Source: Macrostomum hystrix (lineage: Eukaryota > Animalia > Platyhelminthes). Taken from it: a stretch of DNA of 64,000 bases. This document shows positions 14,979-29,000 of this stretch, one piece after another; position 1 is the stretch's first letter; every line of letters begins with the position of its first letter. The position numbers were made by a program, and so were the translations under genes. The DNA lies in contig CATNEN010000039.1 in the NCBI GenBank assembly GCA_950097015.1, forward strand, positions 17,918,001-17,982,000, in the 5' to 3' direction. Below the pieces are notes generated by a model. It ran no database searches, was not told the origin of the DNA, and was given only the letters and a program-made list of their open reading frames with translations.

Positions 14979-16050
14979 TTGTCTCATCTCTCCCATGTCT
15001 CATCTCTTCCATGTCCCATCTCTCCCTTGTCTCATCTCTTCCATGTCTCATCTCTTCCGTGTTTCATCTCTCCCTTGTCTCATCTCTCCCTTATCTCATC
15101 TCTCCCCTGTCTCATCTCTCCCTTGTCTCATCTCTCCCTTGTCTCATCTCTCCCCTGTCTCATCTCTCCCTTATCTCATCTCTCCCCTGTCTTATCTCTC
15201 CCTTGTCTCATCTCTCCCTTGTCTCATCTCTCCCCTGTCTCATCTCTCCCTTGTCTCATCTCTCCCCTGTCTCATCTCTTCCATGTCTCATCTCTTCCAT
15301 GTCTCATCTCTCCCTTGTCTCATCTCTTCCATGTCTCATCTCTTCCATGTCTCATCTCTCCCCTGTCTCATCTCTCCCGTGTCTCATCTCTCCCCTGTCT
15401 CATCTCTCCCCTGTCTCATCTCTCCCTTGTCTCATCTCTCCCTTGTCTCATCTCTCCCCTGTCTCATTCTCTCCCTTGTCTCATCTCTCCCTTGTCTCAT
15501 CTCCCCCTTGTCTCATCTCTCCCTTATCTCATTCTCTCCCTTGTCTCATCTCCCCCTTGTCTCATCTCTCCCTTATCTCATCTCTCCCTTATCTCATCTC
15601 TCCCTTGTCTCATCTCTCCCCTGTCTCATCTCTCCCTTATCTCATTCTCTCCCTTGTCTCATCTCTCCCCTGTCTCATCTCTCCCTTGTCTCATCTCTCC
15701 CTTATCTCATCTCTCCCTTGTCTCATCTCTCCCCTGTCTCATCTCTCCCTTATCTCATTCTCTCCCTTGTCTCATCTCTCCCCTGTCTCATCTCTCCCTT
15801 GTCTCATCTCTCCCCTGTCTCATCTCTCCCTTGTCTCATCTCTCCCCTGTCTCATCTCTCCCTTGTCTCATCTCCCCCTTGTCTCATCTCTCCCTTATCT
15901 CATTCTCTCCCTTGTCTCATCTCCCCCTTGTCTCATCTCCCCCTTGTCGCATCTCTCCCTTATCTCATTCTCTCCCTTGTCTCATCTCCCCCCTGTCTCA
16001 TCTCTCCACTGTCTCATCTTTCCTTTGTCTTATCTCCTTTGTCTCATCTC
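14979..16050. repeat. 16-bp pyrimidine-rich minisatellite between converging GT copies 2 and 3
   Basis: Unit ttgtctcatctctccc with variants. Confidence 0.96.
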
Positions 16051-16238
16051 TCCTCGGTCTCAACGCTCTCCCTTCTCATCTATCCCTGTCTTGCCTCTCT
16101 CATTTCTTATATTCTTATAGTCAATGCTTTCACTGTCTGTGCTTTCACCGGCTTCTGAGGTTTGGTTTAAAATATTAAATTTAGGGTTAGTGTACAGTGA
16201 AACAAGTGGCCACTTAATGCAACTAGCAATCCATAACT

Positions 16239-18133
16239 CTAAAGCACGCTGATTTCGTCGACAAGTTCTGTGTCGTACACCAGTCTGAGAATGGATCTCC
16301 GCACGTCCACCTTGGAGTCGGTGTCCTTCTTTCTCTGGTTCAGGTGCAGGAACTGGTGATAGGTGAATGACAGCCCCGGATCCAGCGGATAGTTGTTGAA
16401 GTCCTGACGCTGGAATCGGCGACACTCGTCCTCGAACTCGACGCTGTCGAAAAGCCGCTCCCTGCCGGTTCTGCTGCACAGGTAGCGAAAGTAGTGCCTC
16501 GAATCGACCGAGTTTTCATCGTACAACGGCAGGAACTGAACAGGTGGTGGCAGGTGAGGACACCATGGCCCCGGACAGCCCTGGCCTCTGTGCGCCTGCG
16601 TCAGATCAGGAATTCGGGAGCTTATAGATTAGCTTTTCAGGATTGAATCACTGATAAAAGAATGCCTTGTGTCCTTAGCGGATCAATGTGAAATGCGCAA
16701 GTGCGCTCGAATAAATTAGCTAGCTGAATTACCTGTTGGAACATCAGCGCTGCATCTGTGAGAGGGACTGGTCCGGTCACTAAAGCTGCTTGTATTGTGC
16801 TCTGCCGCGGCTTCTGTCCTATCAGAGACTGGTTGAGCTGGTGCAGGTAGAACAGCCAGAAGGGGTGCTCAGCAATGCTGTACATGATGGCATTGCTCAC
16901 CAACCGTGGCATGCGGAAGCCGTTCAGTGCGTGCAGGTATGGCTCGAGCGGCAAGATCAGAGCGTGACGGGAGGTGTACCTGTCCGCCCTGCTCAGGCAG
17001 CCGGTGTCGAGGTCGGCGTACCAGCCTCCCATGGCGTGCAGCACGAAGGCCCGCGCTGTGTCCGAGCGCTCCATGTAGTTGGAGAGCTGCTTGTAGTACA
17101 TGTCCTGCCAGGTACGGTAGCGCCGACTGATCAGCAGGTCGATCTCCGCGTCAGTCCAGAAGTACATTCGGTAGTCTGGGTACACAGCTCTGAAGGTCGC
17201 AGTTATTTGGATTTAAAACAGTTTATACACTTAATTCTAGTGGTGAGCGGCAGAGCGGCTAACGCGTTTGCCTCTCGCATCAAGGTCTCTGAGCGATTCC
17301 GCGATTCCGCGATTCCTCGATTCCGCGGCGAGGCCACATTCGTTTGTGGGGCAGCCGCGTAGGGCTTTCCGTGCAATTTTCACCCCTTGAGGGCCAACCT
17401 CCAAGACACAGTGAAGGTGTACCCTGTCTGACGATGACAAAGTCAGAGCAGATGTACACACCTGTGTGCGTGTGTGCTCAGGAGTCAGCGAAACGGGCAG
17501 GATGGCCTCCTCGCTGGCTGCGGGTCTAGTGTCACCAAATGATGTGCCATTTCCCGCAGCCCTCCTGAAATTATTATTTTTATATTATTATATTCATACA
17601 ATCGTTCATGATGGCCTCCAATCTAGTCACAAAGATGTGAGTTTGGCCGCAGTTCTAATCGATATCTAACGTGTTAGCAACAGGTCTTAAAGCGCATGGA
17701 AATCAGACAAGTAGTACTCTCCAAAGAAGCTAAAGATTTTGGCGGTTCTCATATATGCTTTGAGTAGGTTGTGCGTAAGTCTCAATAGGAGATTATGACA
17801 AGCCACTCACCTCCATGATGATAGAAGCGATTTGAAAGTCGTGTCCACCATGTAGCCCTTGTACATGAAGTGGATCTTTTTCACCACTTCGGCCTGTTGC
17901 TTCGGTAATGGAAAGCGAAGCGCAATGTCTCGCCTCTCGACCATTGTGAGGTTTGGCTCCGGGCGAAGTGACACTGCGCTTCTGTTATTGGATTTAGTCA
18001 GCCACATAGCGGCTCCCAGGAGCAGAAAACTGGCCAGCAGGCACATCGCTAAAATTAGTCGCCACAAGCAGACAATGCGCCGATGCCTCAGGAGTTTGAA
18101 AAGTTTCAGCTTTAGACCGCAGATTGACAGCAT
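16239..18133 (-). CDS. GT32-family glycosyltransferase, copy 3 (more divergent); exons 18133-17811, 17189-16733, 16595-16239
   Basis: Same exon structure and DXD motif; TM/stem and C-terminus diverged. Confidence 0.88.
17241..17595 (+). mobile_element. tRNA-derived SINE family A, near full length, in intron 1 of GT copy 3
   Basis: A-box-like ggcagagcgg, B-box-like ctcgattcc, shared body and (att)n tail; five related copies in the window. Confidence 0.82.
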
Positions 18134-18744
18134 GACTGGCTAAGCTTGGCGAGTACCTGATTGGTAAACTGACCAATGCTTTGTATTATACTTTGTTAGT
18201 TACCCGAAAACTTGAAAATATTGCTGTGTCCATTCTACTGTGCATATGTGGTAGAGGTCAAACACTTCTCACTTTTAAGCACAATGGTTTTTGTTCATTG
18301 ACCGCTCAGTCTTCGCCTTTTCTTACCCCTTTGTACAGTAGCGACCCTCGATGTCGCTGTTTCGAATGGAAACAGCGACGCCCTCATAACTGCGTTTCTT
18401 TCATTCCGAACTGCAAGCGTAAAGTTAGACTCGCGAAAGATGCTGCCCTACACTCGGTCTCACCGTTTGTTTTGCCACAAGGGCAATGCCATGAATTTGT
18501 TTTGACTGGAGAAAACATTTTTTGTTAATTTGAATAGTGTAGTGAAACTACAACTGATTGGCTGAAGGCGGCTGTCATAACATCTTTAATAACTATGGTG
18601 TCTGCACCCCTTAGTGGTTATTATCATGCCACTTATTCTGATTTGCAATTATTGTAATTATTAATTTGACTGAATAGTAATGCTAGGTCAGTACCTAAAT
18701 CACGCTACGTAGAACTATGTCTGCAAGTCAAGCCACACTCGCGA

Positions 18745-19810
18745 ATCCCATCAAGATCCATAGATCCAACCCAAGACATAGATCCCACTCAGTCCATAGA
18801 TCCCAACCAACCCATAGATCCCAACTAACCCATAGATCCCAACTAACCCAAAGATCCCACTCAAAACCACAGATCCCATCCAAAACCCATAGATCCCATC
18901 CAAAACCCATAGATCCCATTGACAACCCATAGATCACATCCAAAACCCACAGGTTATATCCACGACCCATAGATCCCATATAAAACCCATAGATCCCATT
19001 CATAACCCATAGATGACATCCAAAATCAACAGATTATCCAGAATATCCAGAATCCATAGATCCCATCTAAAACCCATAGATCCCATCCAAAACTCATAGA
19101 TCCCACCCATAACCCATAGATCACATCCAAAACCCATAGATCCCATTGACAACCCATAGATCACATTCAAAACCAAAAGATCACATCCAAAACCCACAGA
19201 TTAAATCCGCAGCCCATAGATCCCATATAAAACCCATAGATGACATCAAAAACCCACAGATTATATCCAGAATCCATAGATCCCATCCAAAACCCATAGA
19301 TCCCACACATAACCCATAGATCACATCCAAAACCCACGTATTATATCCAAAACCCATAGATCTCATTCACAACCCATAGATCCCATCGAAAACCCACAGA
19401 TTATATCCACAACCCATAGATCACATTCACAACCCATAGATCCCATCAACAACTCATCGATCCCATCCAAAACCCATAGATCCCATCCAAAAACCACAAA
19501 ATATATTCGCAACCCATAGATCCTATCCAAAACCCATAGATCCCATCTAAAACCCATAGATCCCATTGAAAACCCATAGATCCCATCTACAACCCACAAA
19601 ATCTATCCAAAACCCATAGATCCCATCCACAACCCATAGATCCCATCTAAAACACATAGATCCCATTGAAAACCCATATAGATCCCATCCACAACCCATA
19701 GATCCCATCCAAAACCCATAGATCCCATCCAAAACCCATAGATCCCATCCACAACCCATAGATGCCATCTAAAACCCATGGATCCCACCTTAAACCTATA
19801 GATCCCATCC
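18745..19810. repeat. 20-bp minisatellite
   Basis: Unit aacccatagatcccatccaa with variants. Confidence 0.95.
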
Positions 19811-20522
19811 GATCAATAAATGTGCAGAAGTGTAGAAGGAAACATAAAAATCAAAACCTGATAGAAATCTGGATGCTCGACACGCAAAACAATATGATGC
19901 TAGCCTTGAATCTAAGGCTTTAAAATTGCCCAGCCAAACTGCAGGGCACAATCAAGTCTATTTGCCATCAACTAGTAGTGGACCACTTAAGGCGGCCTCG
20001 ACCGTGCCCAAAATGCTGCTCACAGCAACTCAATCTCTGGAGCTGGTGGAAGGAGCCAGAGCAGAAGAGAACGAGAGAAAGTTAATAGAGTTGGAGACTC
20101 AGAATTGCATGCCTTGGGGAGGCGGTAATGAAATGTACTTTAAGAGGCCGCTTGCATCGGGCACTCGACGGTCCGCTCAGCTCTATAGGGTGGGGAGCGG
20201 GTAGGTTGGGCGCGGACGGAACAGCTGCAGGATAAATCCCCTCTCCCTCATCCACGCAGTCAGCCCCTTTGCGGATCCCGACAAAGTAGAAATCGATATT
20301 TTCCTCAATCCCATCTGCTTGCTCCTCGGCTCTCACTTCCGGGGAGGGGGTTGGCATTGCTAGCTGCTCTGCTCTCTTTCTCCCCCGTCTCCCAATAACC
20401 CACCTCATTCCTCTCTCGCTGAGCGTATATAAAATTATAAATCAAATCTCGCTTCGACAGGGACTTAGGCTTGGATTCGGGCAGCAGCAAACGAATTTTG
20501 ATTTTATTTTCGGAGAAGCACA

Positions 20523-21761
20523 ATGCCTGTCAGATTGGTGATTGCTGGCCCAGACGGCTGTGGAAAGACTGGTAAGAACGCCGCCCTATGTCTACTATAG
20601 ATTTTCACTGCAAAGTAATCCGTTTTAAAAAGAATTCCACCAGTTTTTTGTCCGCTATAGCTCTATTAGTGCGCTACCTGACCAAGCGGTTTATCGAAAC
20701 CTATCAGTCTGGGAGCGACATTCTATATCGACACCGCGCGGTCCTCCAGGATAGCACCATCGATGTGGAGATTCTTGACACGTCCGCCTGCGAGGCAAGC
20801 GAAGAGCTAAGACAATTGCACAACAGTTTTGAATCCGATCAATTCCCAATCCGATAAACACACACCTCACTCCCGACAACTAACAAACTTATTACACCCA
20901 CCTCACACCCGACACCCACCTCACTCCTGACACCCACCTCACTCCTGACACCCACCTCACATCCGACACCCGCCTCACTCCTGACACCCACCTCACTCCC
21001 GACAAGTAACATACTTATTACACCCACCTCACACCCGACACCCACCTCACTCCTGACACCCACCTCACTCCTGACACCCACCTCACTCCCGACAACCACC
21101 TTCACTAAAGACCTTCACTTTCCAATTCACAGCGCAGAGGCTTCAACGGACTATCGGCCAGTCTAAGCTGGGCGGACAGTTTCCTATTTGTTTACGACGT
21201 CACCCTCCTTGACAGCGCGCCGCGCGCCAGGCTTTTCTTAGAATTGGCGCGCACGGTACGCGCTAACGCCGCGGCATCGGCTGGCGCAGCCACGGAGCGC
21301 CGCCTCCCGGCTGTGCTGGTTGGCAACAAAACCGACCTGGCCTACTGCGGTACAGGCAACAACAAGGCGGACATGGAGATCATGAGCAGCCAGTTCCGAT
21401 GCAAACACTTTGTGGTGCGTCCCGGCATCCTCTTATTCTCATCTCGCCTTATCTCTAAAAATGTCTCTTATTTCTCTTCTTTTTAGACATCGGCGGCCGA
21501 AGATACAAAGATTATTGACCTAATCTTCACCGGCCTGATCGCTGAAGGCCATCTGAGCATTGGACAGGGCCAGGGATCGCGCAAGGCAAGTCTGCTTAGC
21601 CGCGTGCAGCCTCTGCAACAGCAGCAGCAGCAGCAGCAACATAGACACTCGAAGCCAACTATGCTAGTCCTTAAAGAGGATGATCTTCTGTCACTGGAGT
21701 CCCGCTTTCTGCCTGTATCTGGCGGTAAGAAAAAGGAGAAGGAACAGAAGGATCAGCAGCA

Positions 21762-21794
<33 letters not shown>

Positions 21795-21804
21795 AGCTGA
21801 TTGA
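20523..21804 (+). CDS. Ras-family small GTPase, RERG/RERGL/RASL11-12-like (260 aa); exons 20523-20571, 20661-20794, 21133-21414, 21487-21804
   Basis: G1 GPDGCGKT, VRYLTKRFI.Y, EILDTSA, WADSFLFVYDVT, LVGNKTDL and TSA. Poly-Q tail without CAAX. Intron 2 needs a GC donor. Confidence 0.85.
20863..21100. repeat. 18-bp intronic minisatellite
   Basis: Unit acacccacctcactcctg. Confidence 0.9.
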
Positions 21805-22029
21805 AATGCCGTGTGGGTAGGACACTTAGCACAAGATCAGAATCAATACAATTACTTTTGGGTACTGCTTTAGTACTGCTTAGTAAACTTGATTTTTTCT
21901 CACACAGTTAGCCTCATCATGAACATAATTGTCGATAAAGTCAGTTCCAGTTATTATTGACTCATTGATGTTCAATCAGCACTAATATTATTCCACCATT
22001 TATCATTTATCTAGTAATCCATTCCAAAC

Positions 22030-22470
22030 CCGCCCCAAACCAGCACCAACCTCACTCCACAGCCAACCTCAAACCAGCACCAACCTCACTCCACAGCCCA
22101 CCCCAAACCAGCACCAACCTCGCTCCACAGCCCACCTCAAATCAGCACCAACCTCACTCCACAGCCCACCTCAAACCAGCACCAACCTCACTCCACAGCC
22201 CACCTCAAACCAGCACCAATCTCACTCCACAGCCCACCTCAAACCAGCACCAACCTCACTCCACAGCCCACCTCAAACCAGCACCAATCTCACTCCACAG
22301 CCCACCTCAAACCAGCACCAACCTCACTCCACAGCCCACCTCAAACCAGCACCAACCTCACTCCACAGCCCACCTCAAACCAGCACCAACCTTACTCCAC
22401 AGCCAACCTCAAACCAGCACCAACCTCACTCCACAGCCCACCCCAAACCAGCACCAACCTCACTCCACAG
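22030..22470. repeat. 34-bp minisatellite
   Basis: Unit cacctcaaaccagcaccaacctcactccacagcc. Confidence 0.95.
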
Positions 22471-23069
22471 TCCACAACCCCAATCTAGCATACTGCTAAC
22501 TCCACAATACATCCCACTTAAAACCATATGTACTTCTTTCAGTCTTACTTCAGCTAGAATTGTACTCTATACTTTTTAAACGGCATATTGAATTTGTAAT
22601 TTTTTCATATTTTTGAATAAATAATAAAACTTTGGAGCATAAACTCCATAGATTTTATGTCATTAGAATTTCTTTAACTCCAGAGATTGGTCTTCATTTC
22701 GCACAATTCGCAGCGAGAAAAAATACAAAACTTTACGCGAAAAATGTTATTTTCTGAAATAACAAATAACAAATTTCTGAAATAAGAAAAAAGAAACAAA
22801 CAAAAAAATCAAAAGCCGAATTATTTTTTCAAAGAGTCAAATTTTCTTTCTCAAAATAAAAAGGCATTTCAATTAGACTTTCATGTGCAGTTACAGAACA
22901 CACCTGTATTTTATTGGCTTAGCGAAAATTCGCGATGGAAATATTCGACAAAAAAAATGCAATCGAATCAGTTAGAATTTCAAGATAAACTTCAACCAAA
23001 TGCCATCGAATTTAGTTTTCAAATCAACCGCATTATACGTGCCAGGTCACGAGTTCGAATCCTAGAGAA

Positions 23070-26000
23070 TTATCCCAGATCGGATCCAGTTGGCAGCACC
23101 AGCAGTTTGTACAGGCCGCGTTTCAAACGCTCCACTAGGTCCGGAATGAGGACCAGACGCGGCTGCGGGCTGGCTAGGCCAAGCACTCGCAGCAGGCGAT
23201 GACTCTCGGGTGCCGACAGTGCGTGGCGCAGTTCGGCCAGGCTCAGATGAAATCCTGGCGACTCGCCGGCGCTAGACTTCACCTCCAACTGGAGCTGCCT
23301 GCCATCGGCTAGTCGCAGTTCGATGTCGAACGGACGGCCAGTCTCGCCGGCTTCGTTTAGCCAGAGAATCTCAGAGACCGGCTGGGACTCGAAGCTGGCT
23401 AGGCCGCGCAGCCAATCGGCTGCTAGGCGTTCGCCGAGGCGACCGGCCAGCTCATCGACGGCGCCGCCGAGTCGCGGCTTAGCGTCCAACAGGCGCTGCA
23501 ACTGGTCTGGCGGCGGCAACGGCAGCTCGGCGAGGGTCGCCGTCAGAGTCGGCGCTGGAGCCGCCGGAGGTAAGAAAAATGAATGCGGAGCTGTCGCCGT
23601 CGACGTAGATGCAGGAGTCGTCGACGTAGATGCAGGTGTCGCCGTCGACGTAGATGCAGGTGTCGCCGTCGCAGTGGATATAGGCGTTGCCGTAGATGCA
23701 GGCGTAAGCATCGCCGTAGAAGCTGGCGCTGCAGCGGCTGCAATGGCCGTGGGTGTCGCAGGATCCAACAGGCGCGGTCGTTTGATCAGTGGCTCGCCAG
23801 TAATTGGCTGCGCCTGGAGCTGGGCTCGCTGTTGTCCCCGACTGATTGGCTGACGCTGAGGAGCCTGCGGCGGATCCGGCAGGTGGCTGTGCGTTGTAGC
23901 GTCGACGGTAGGCGAACGTCGAACGAAAATCTGCCAGACTGGGCCGGCATTCTCGAAGCCGATGGGTCGCCAGACGGCGCCGCCGTGAGCGATCAGTCGC
24001 TCCTCAAGTCGTAGATTTCGCTCCGCCTCGTCGCAGCGATCGGTTCGGCAGAGGCTCAGGTCGACGGCGAGGGCGCGCAATTCTTCCCAAATCGGTGCGA
24101 GGAGGTCCCCAGCCAGCTGGTTCAGCATTGCAAGCATGGCGTCGCATCGACGCCTGGCCGATGTAGGCGAATCGCCGTCGGCGTCTACAGCGTCGACTAG
24201 AAGAAGCCGGCGAGACTCTAACGAAGGCGTCAGTAGAAGCTGATGCGGCTGACGGATCGACACGGCGGCGAACGGGTTCTGAACCAGATAGCGTCGTGTG
24301 GACAGGCAGGGTACAGAGGCGACTCGAGTTGCTGCCAGGGCTTCAGGAAGTCCCGCCTCCAGCAAGGCAGCGTAGCAGCTCGGATAGACGCAGAAGAGCC
24401 AGCGTTGGACGCCGTCAAGAAGGTCGCGCGCCTGACTCTCCAGCTTGATCGACTGGCGCTGCTCGGCATCGTCGGGGAACAGGCTGGAGCGAAGGCAGGC
24501 GCGCAAAGTTGGAAGGCCCAGAAGCGAGTCGGATTGGGCGATTCGGCGAATCCGATCACGCGTCTCTCGGCGAGGCAGTCGACAGCGACGCAGGTCGACG
24601 AGATGAGCCCCGGCGCCTGCCAGTTGGAGTAGAAAATCTTCGTCATCGGCATCTTTATCAGCGTTAGCGGCTGCAACGTCGGGTTCGTCTAGAATGAGCG
24701 CCGGACGGTCGCAGGGTCGGCATCGTCCTTCAGGCAGGCGTGGAAGGCAGGCCAGCAGTCGCAGGCGCTCCAAGACGCCGGCAAGAACGGCAGCCGGGCA
24801 GTCTTCAAGCGCGGAAACAAGGCGGCCGAGCGCGTCGTCGATGCCGGCGTCAACGCCGCTACGACAGGCCCGAATAAGTTTCAACTCGCGCCAGGCCAGG
24901 CAGGGCTGGCGTCGGACACCGCAGGCGGCAAAGAAGTCGGTCAAATCAGCCGGATAGTGCAGGCTGGCGAGTCTCCGGAGCTCAGCCAACAGCGCCGCCG
25001 GCATCGGCGACGGCCAATCGTTTCTCGACGTCGCACCTTCGACGTCCGGCTGATTGGCCTCTTCGCCGAGGTCGTCATTCTGGGACCAGATGGCATCGGA
25101 GCTGGCACTAAACCTTCCGTATATCATTCCTGAGCGGCAATTCACATCGTCGAGACGCTCTGGCAAAAAGATAACGCGACCTTTGGACAACTGGACGCGT
25201 CTAATCTCAGAAAGCTGATTCCAGTGTCGCCAGCAGAACCTGTAAATCTCCGTCATGCCACTCAGCGAGGTCTGAACTCGACCGTCACTCATTGCAACAG
25301 AGTACTCCGACCAGGCTAGAAGAGCATCGACAACCTCTTCCGGCGCTGGGCAGCCGGAGCGGACACCGATGTCTGCTAGGAAATCCGGATCGGCTGCGGC
25401 TGCCGTCTGCGCTATCAGCGTCGGCAGGAGGAAGTCGAAGCCGCCGGCGGCAGCCGATCCGGGCAGGTAAATGGAGGTCGGCGGTAGACGACTGGGCAGC
25501 CTGACTGGGCCCTGCCTGAGCAGGCCGTCAGCGGGCAGCCAGGCGGCTGACCGAACGGCGCGACCGAAGCGACCGTCGGCCAGATGACGACTGTAGCGCC
25601 GGCGCCAGGCTAGCGAAAAATGATTGAACAGCGCCAACAGCGAGGCATTGTCAACGGTGTCTGCGAAAGTGCAGGACAGCTCGGAGCCGGCCTCCTCGAG
25701 AATGTCGGCTAATTCCGGGAAATCACCGGCTGGAGATTCCAACGGACCATCCAGTACGCCCAGATCGTCCACTAAAAATCTGCGCCAATCACTCAGCAAT
25801 TGTTCATTGTCTAAGTAGGAGGGAGAGACAATCTTCCAGGGCCGACGACCGGTGCGGCGCCATTCCAGCTGGTCGAAGGCGAAGCCGGATGTGTCCAACA
25901 CTGCGGGCAGGTGAATGTCGGCATTGGCCGATGGTAGAACAGCCCGACCGTCGGTTAGTAACAATGGCAGAAATTCGGCCAATTGTCCAGCGCCCCGAGC

Positions 26001-29000
26001 TGGTCGTAGGAGCCTGGCAGCGTTGGCCAATACAATTAACCGCGGCCTAGCGGACTTGGGTAGAGGCTCCGGAACTAAATTGGCGGCTTCCACGCGCAGG
26101 GCCGGAATCAAACAGTCGGTGAAGAGCAGGTCGCGGTCCGGATATCGAGCGCCCAGCTGTTCGAAGCGTTTCATCAGGCGTCGGACTAGATTTTCGTCGG
26201 CGGACAAAGATGCTGGACCTCTAACCGCGCGACTGTCGCGCTGCAGGGTTGAACTTAACAAGTTAACGTCGAGAATGCAGAGCCTGGTCACGCTGGGAAA
26301 TATTACATTCAATAGGCGGCAAATGTTGGACCAGTCCATGCAGGTGCTGGAATCTGCTTCTTCCCCGTTTGAAGTGGCCGTTGGCGGCGGCATGATGAGC
26401 AGATGGTCGCGAAGGCAGATTTTCACGCGATGCCGAATGTGATGCGGGCCTCGCAGAGCCGGTATGAAAGCTAGGGACTGCAGGCTGGCTCGGGCGCGGC
26501 GGAACAGCGAGGGCTGGAAGGACAGGGGGAGAGCGATACTGAATGACTGGGGGGAGAGCGATACTGAATGACTGGGGGAGAGCGATACTGAATGACTGGG
26601 GGAGAGCGATACTGAATGACTGGTGGGAGAGCGATACTGAATGACTGGGGGCGAGCGATACTGAATGGGGGAGAGCGATACTGAATGACTGGGGGGAGAG
26701 CGATACTTAATGACTGGGGGAGAGCGATACTGAATGACTGGGGGGAGAGCCACCCTGAATGACTGGGGGAGAGCGATACTGAAAGACTGGGTGAGAGCGA
26801 TACTGAATGACTGGGGGAGAGCGATACTGAATGACTGGGGGGAGAGCGATACTGAATGACTGGGGGGAGAGCGATACTGAATGACTGGGGGGAGAGCGAT
26901 ACTGAATGACTGGGGGGAGAGCGATACTGAATGACTGGGGGGAGAGCGATACTGAATGACTTGGGGAGAGCGATGACTGAATGGCTGGGTGAGAGCGATA
27001 CTGAATGACTGGGGGAGAGCGATACTGAAGGAATGGGGGAGAGCGATACTGAAGGAATGGGGGAGAGCGATACTGAAGAAATGGGGGAGAGCGATACTGA
27101 AGGAATGGGGGAGAGCGATACTGAAGGAATGGGGGATAGCGATACTGAAGAAATGGGGGAGAGCGATACTGAAGAAATGGAGGAGAGCGATACTGAAGGA
27201 ATGGGGGAGAGCGATACTAAAGTGACAGGCACAAAACGCAGGCGGCCTGGCAAGACTAACTTGCGAGCAGACGGTGTCCAACAGAGCCGCGGCGGCGCGC
27301 CAGTCGGCGCCAGCAGGCCTGGCGCTGGCGCCAACCAATCGATCCAGCATGGCGGCGGCGGCTTCGCCAGACGCAGCCAAAGGCGCAGGCACCCCCAGAG
27401 CCATCTGCAACTGGCGCCAGCGACCAGGATTTAAAAATCGACGCCTCTGTCGACGCCTACGCAAAAATTCGGCGCTGACGGGCCAGGCGCCGAGCAGCTG
27501 GCGAATTTCGGAGGGTCGAGTCAGGCCCAGCGTGTCAACTAGGGGACAGAGAGAATCACCAGATTGGATGTCATCGTCGATACTGTTGGCAAGTACACAG
27601 CTAGGCAGTTGCAATTGTGTCCCGGGTTTTAGCCAAGCTTCTCTAACAGCTTCATCATCGTCGACGTCTACGGCGATAGGAAGCCAGGCGAGGCGGCGAA
27701 ACGCGGCGAGAATAGCCCGACCGGCTGGGCGGAAGAAGCCCTGGCAATGTAAGAATGGAATTGGGAGCTAAATTGTGAGCGACAATATATAATAGGCGAA
27801 TATCTTACAGAAGTGACAAGATAGGAGTGACTGGAGTGACAAGATAGGGTGACGGGAGTGACAAGATAGGGGTGGCAAGATCGGAGTGACAAGATAGGGG
27901 TGACTGTAGTTACAAGATAGGGGTGACTGGAGTGACAAGATAGGGTGACTGGAGCGACAAGATAGGGGTGACTGGAGTGACAAGATAGGAGTGACAGAAG
28001 TGAAAAGATTAGAGTGACTGGAGTGACAAGATAGGGTGACTGGAGCGACAAGATAGGGGTGACTGTAGTTACAAGATAGGGGTGACTGGAGTGACAAGAT
28101 AGGAGTGATTGGATTGACAAGATAGGAGTGACTGGAGTAACAAAATAGGAGTGACTGGATTGACAAGATAGGGCTGACTAGAGTGACAAGATAGGAGTGA
28201 CTGGAGTGACAAGATAGGAGTGACTGGAGTGACAAGATAGGAGTGACTGGAGTGACAAGATAGGAGTGACTGGAGTGACAAGATAGGGGTGACTGGAATG
28301 ACAAGATAGGGTTGACTGTAGTTACAAGATAGGGGTGACTGGAGTGACAAGATAGGAGTGACTGGAGTAACAAAATAGGAGTGACTGGATTGACAAGATA
28401 GGGCTGACTAGAGTGACAAGATAGGAGTGACTGGAGTGACAAGATAGGAGTGACTGGAGTGACAAGATAGGAGTGACTGGAGTGACAAGATAGGAGTGAC
28501 TGGAGTGACAAGATAGGGGTGACTGGAATGACAAGATAGGGTTGACTGTAGTTACAAGATAGGGGTGACTGGAGTGACAAGATAGGAGTGACTGGAGTGA
28601 CAAGATAGGAGTGACTGAAGTGACAAGATAGGATGACTAGAGTGACAAGATAGGAGTGACTGTAGTGACACTATAGAAGTGACTAAGGTGACAGGGTAAG
28701 AGAAGTGACCGTCTATGGAGTGCCAAGTGACAATCTACAGACTTTATTAGCAATAGACTTCAGTAACTGAAGCTTTATCTGCTCACCCGCAGCTCGGATT
28801 CCAGAGGCAACAGCTCTGAGCATCTCACGGCGGCCTCTAGTGGGCCAAGCCGACGATTCAAGGCCTCGTAGACAGCGATTAGAAGGCCTGGCAAACGATC
28901 GCGAAGTCGTTCGTTCCAGGCCGAATCGCGCCTGATATCCTCGCGGGACGACGGGATTTCAAAGTCGCCCTTCGATTGCGTGAGGAATTCGATTGAAAAA

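Noticed and set aside
14966-16178. Three ~390-aa ORFs
   Set aside because: All three frames are open only because the 16-bp pyrimidine unit lacks stops; not a gene.
19926-20408. ORFs upstream of the GTPase
   Set aside because: No recognisable motifs or consistent splice structure; probably promoter or UTR sequence.
23070-27614. A single 1514-aa standalone protein
   Set aside because: It is the last two exons of a larger gene read through an in-frame intron.
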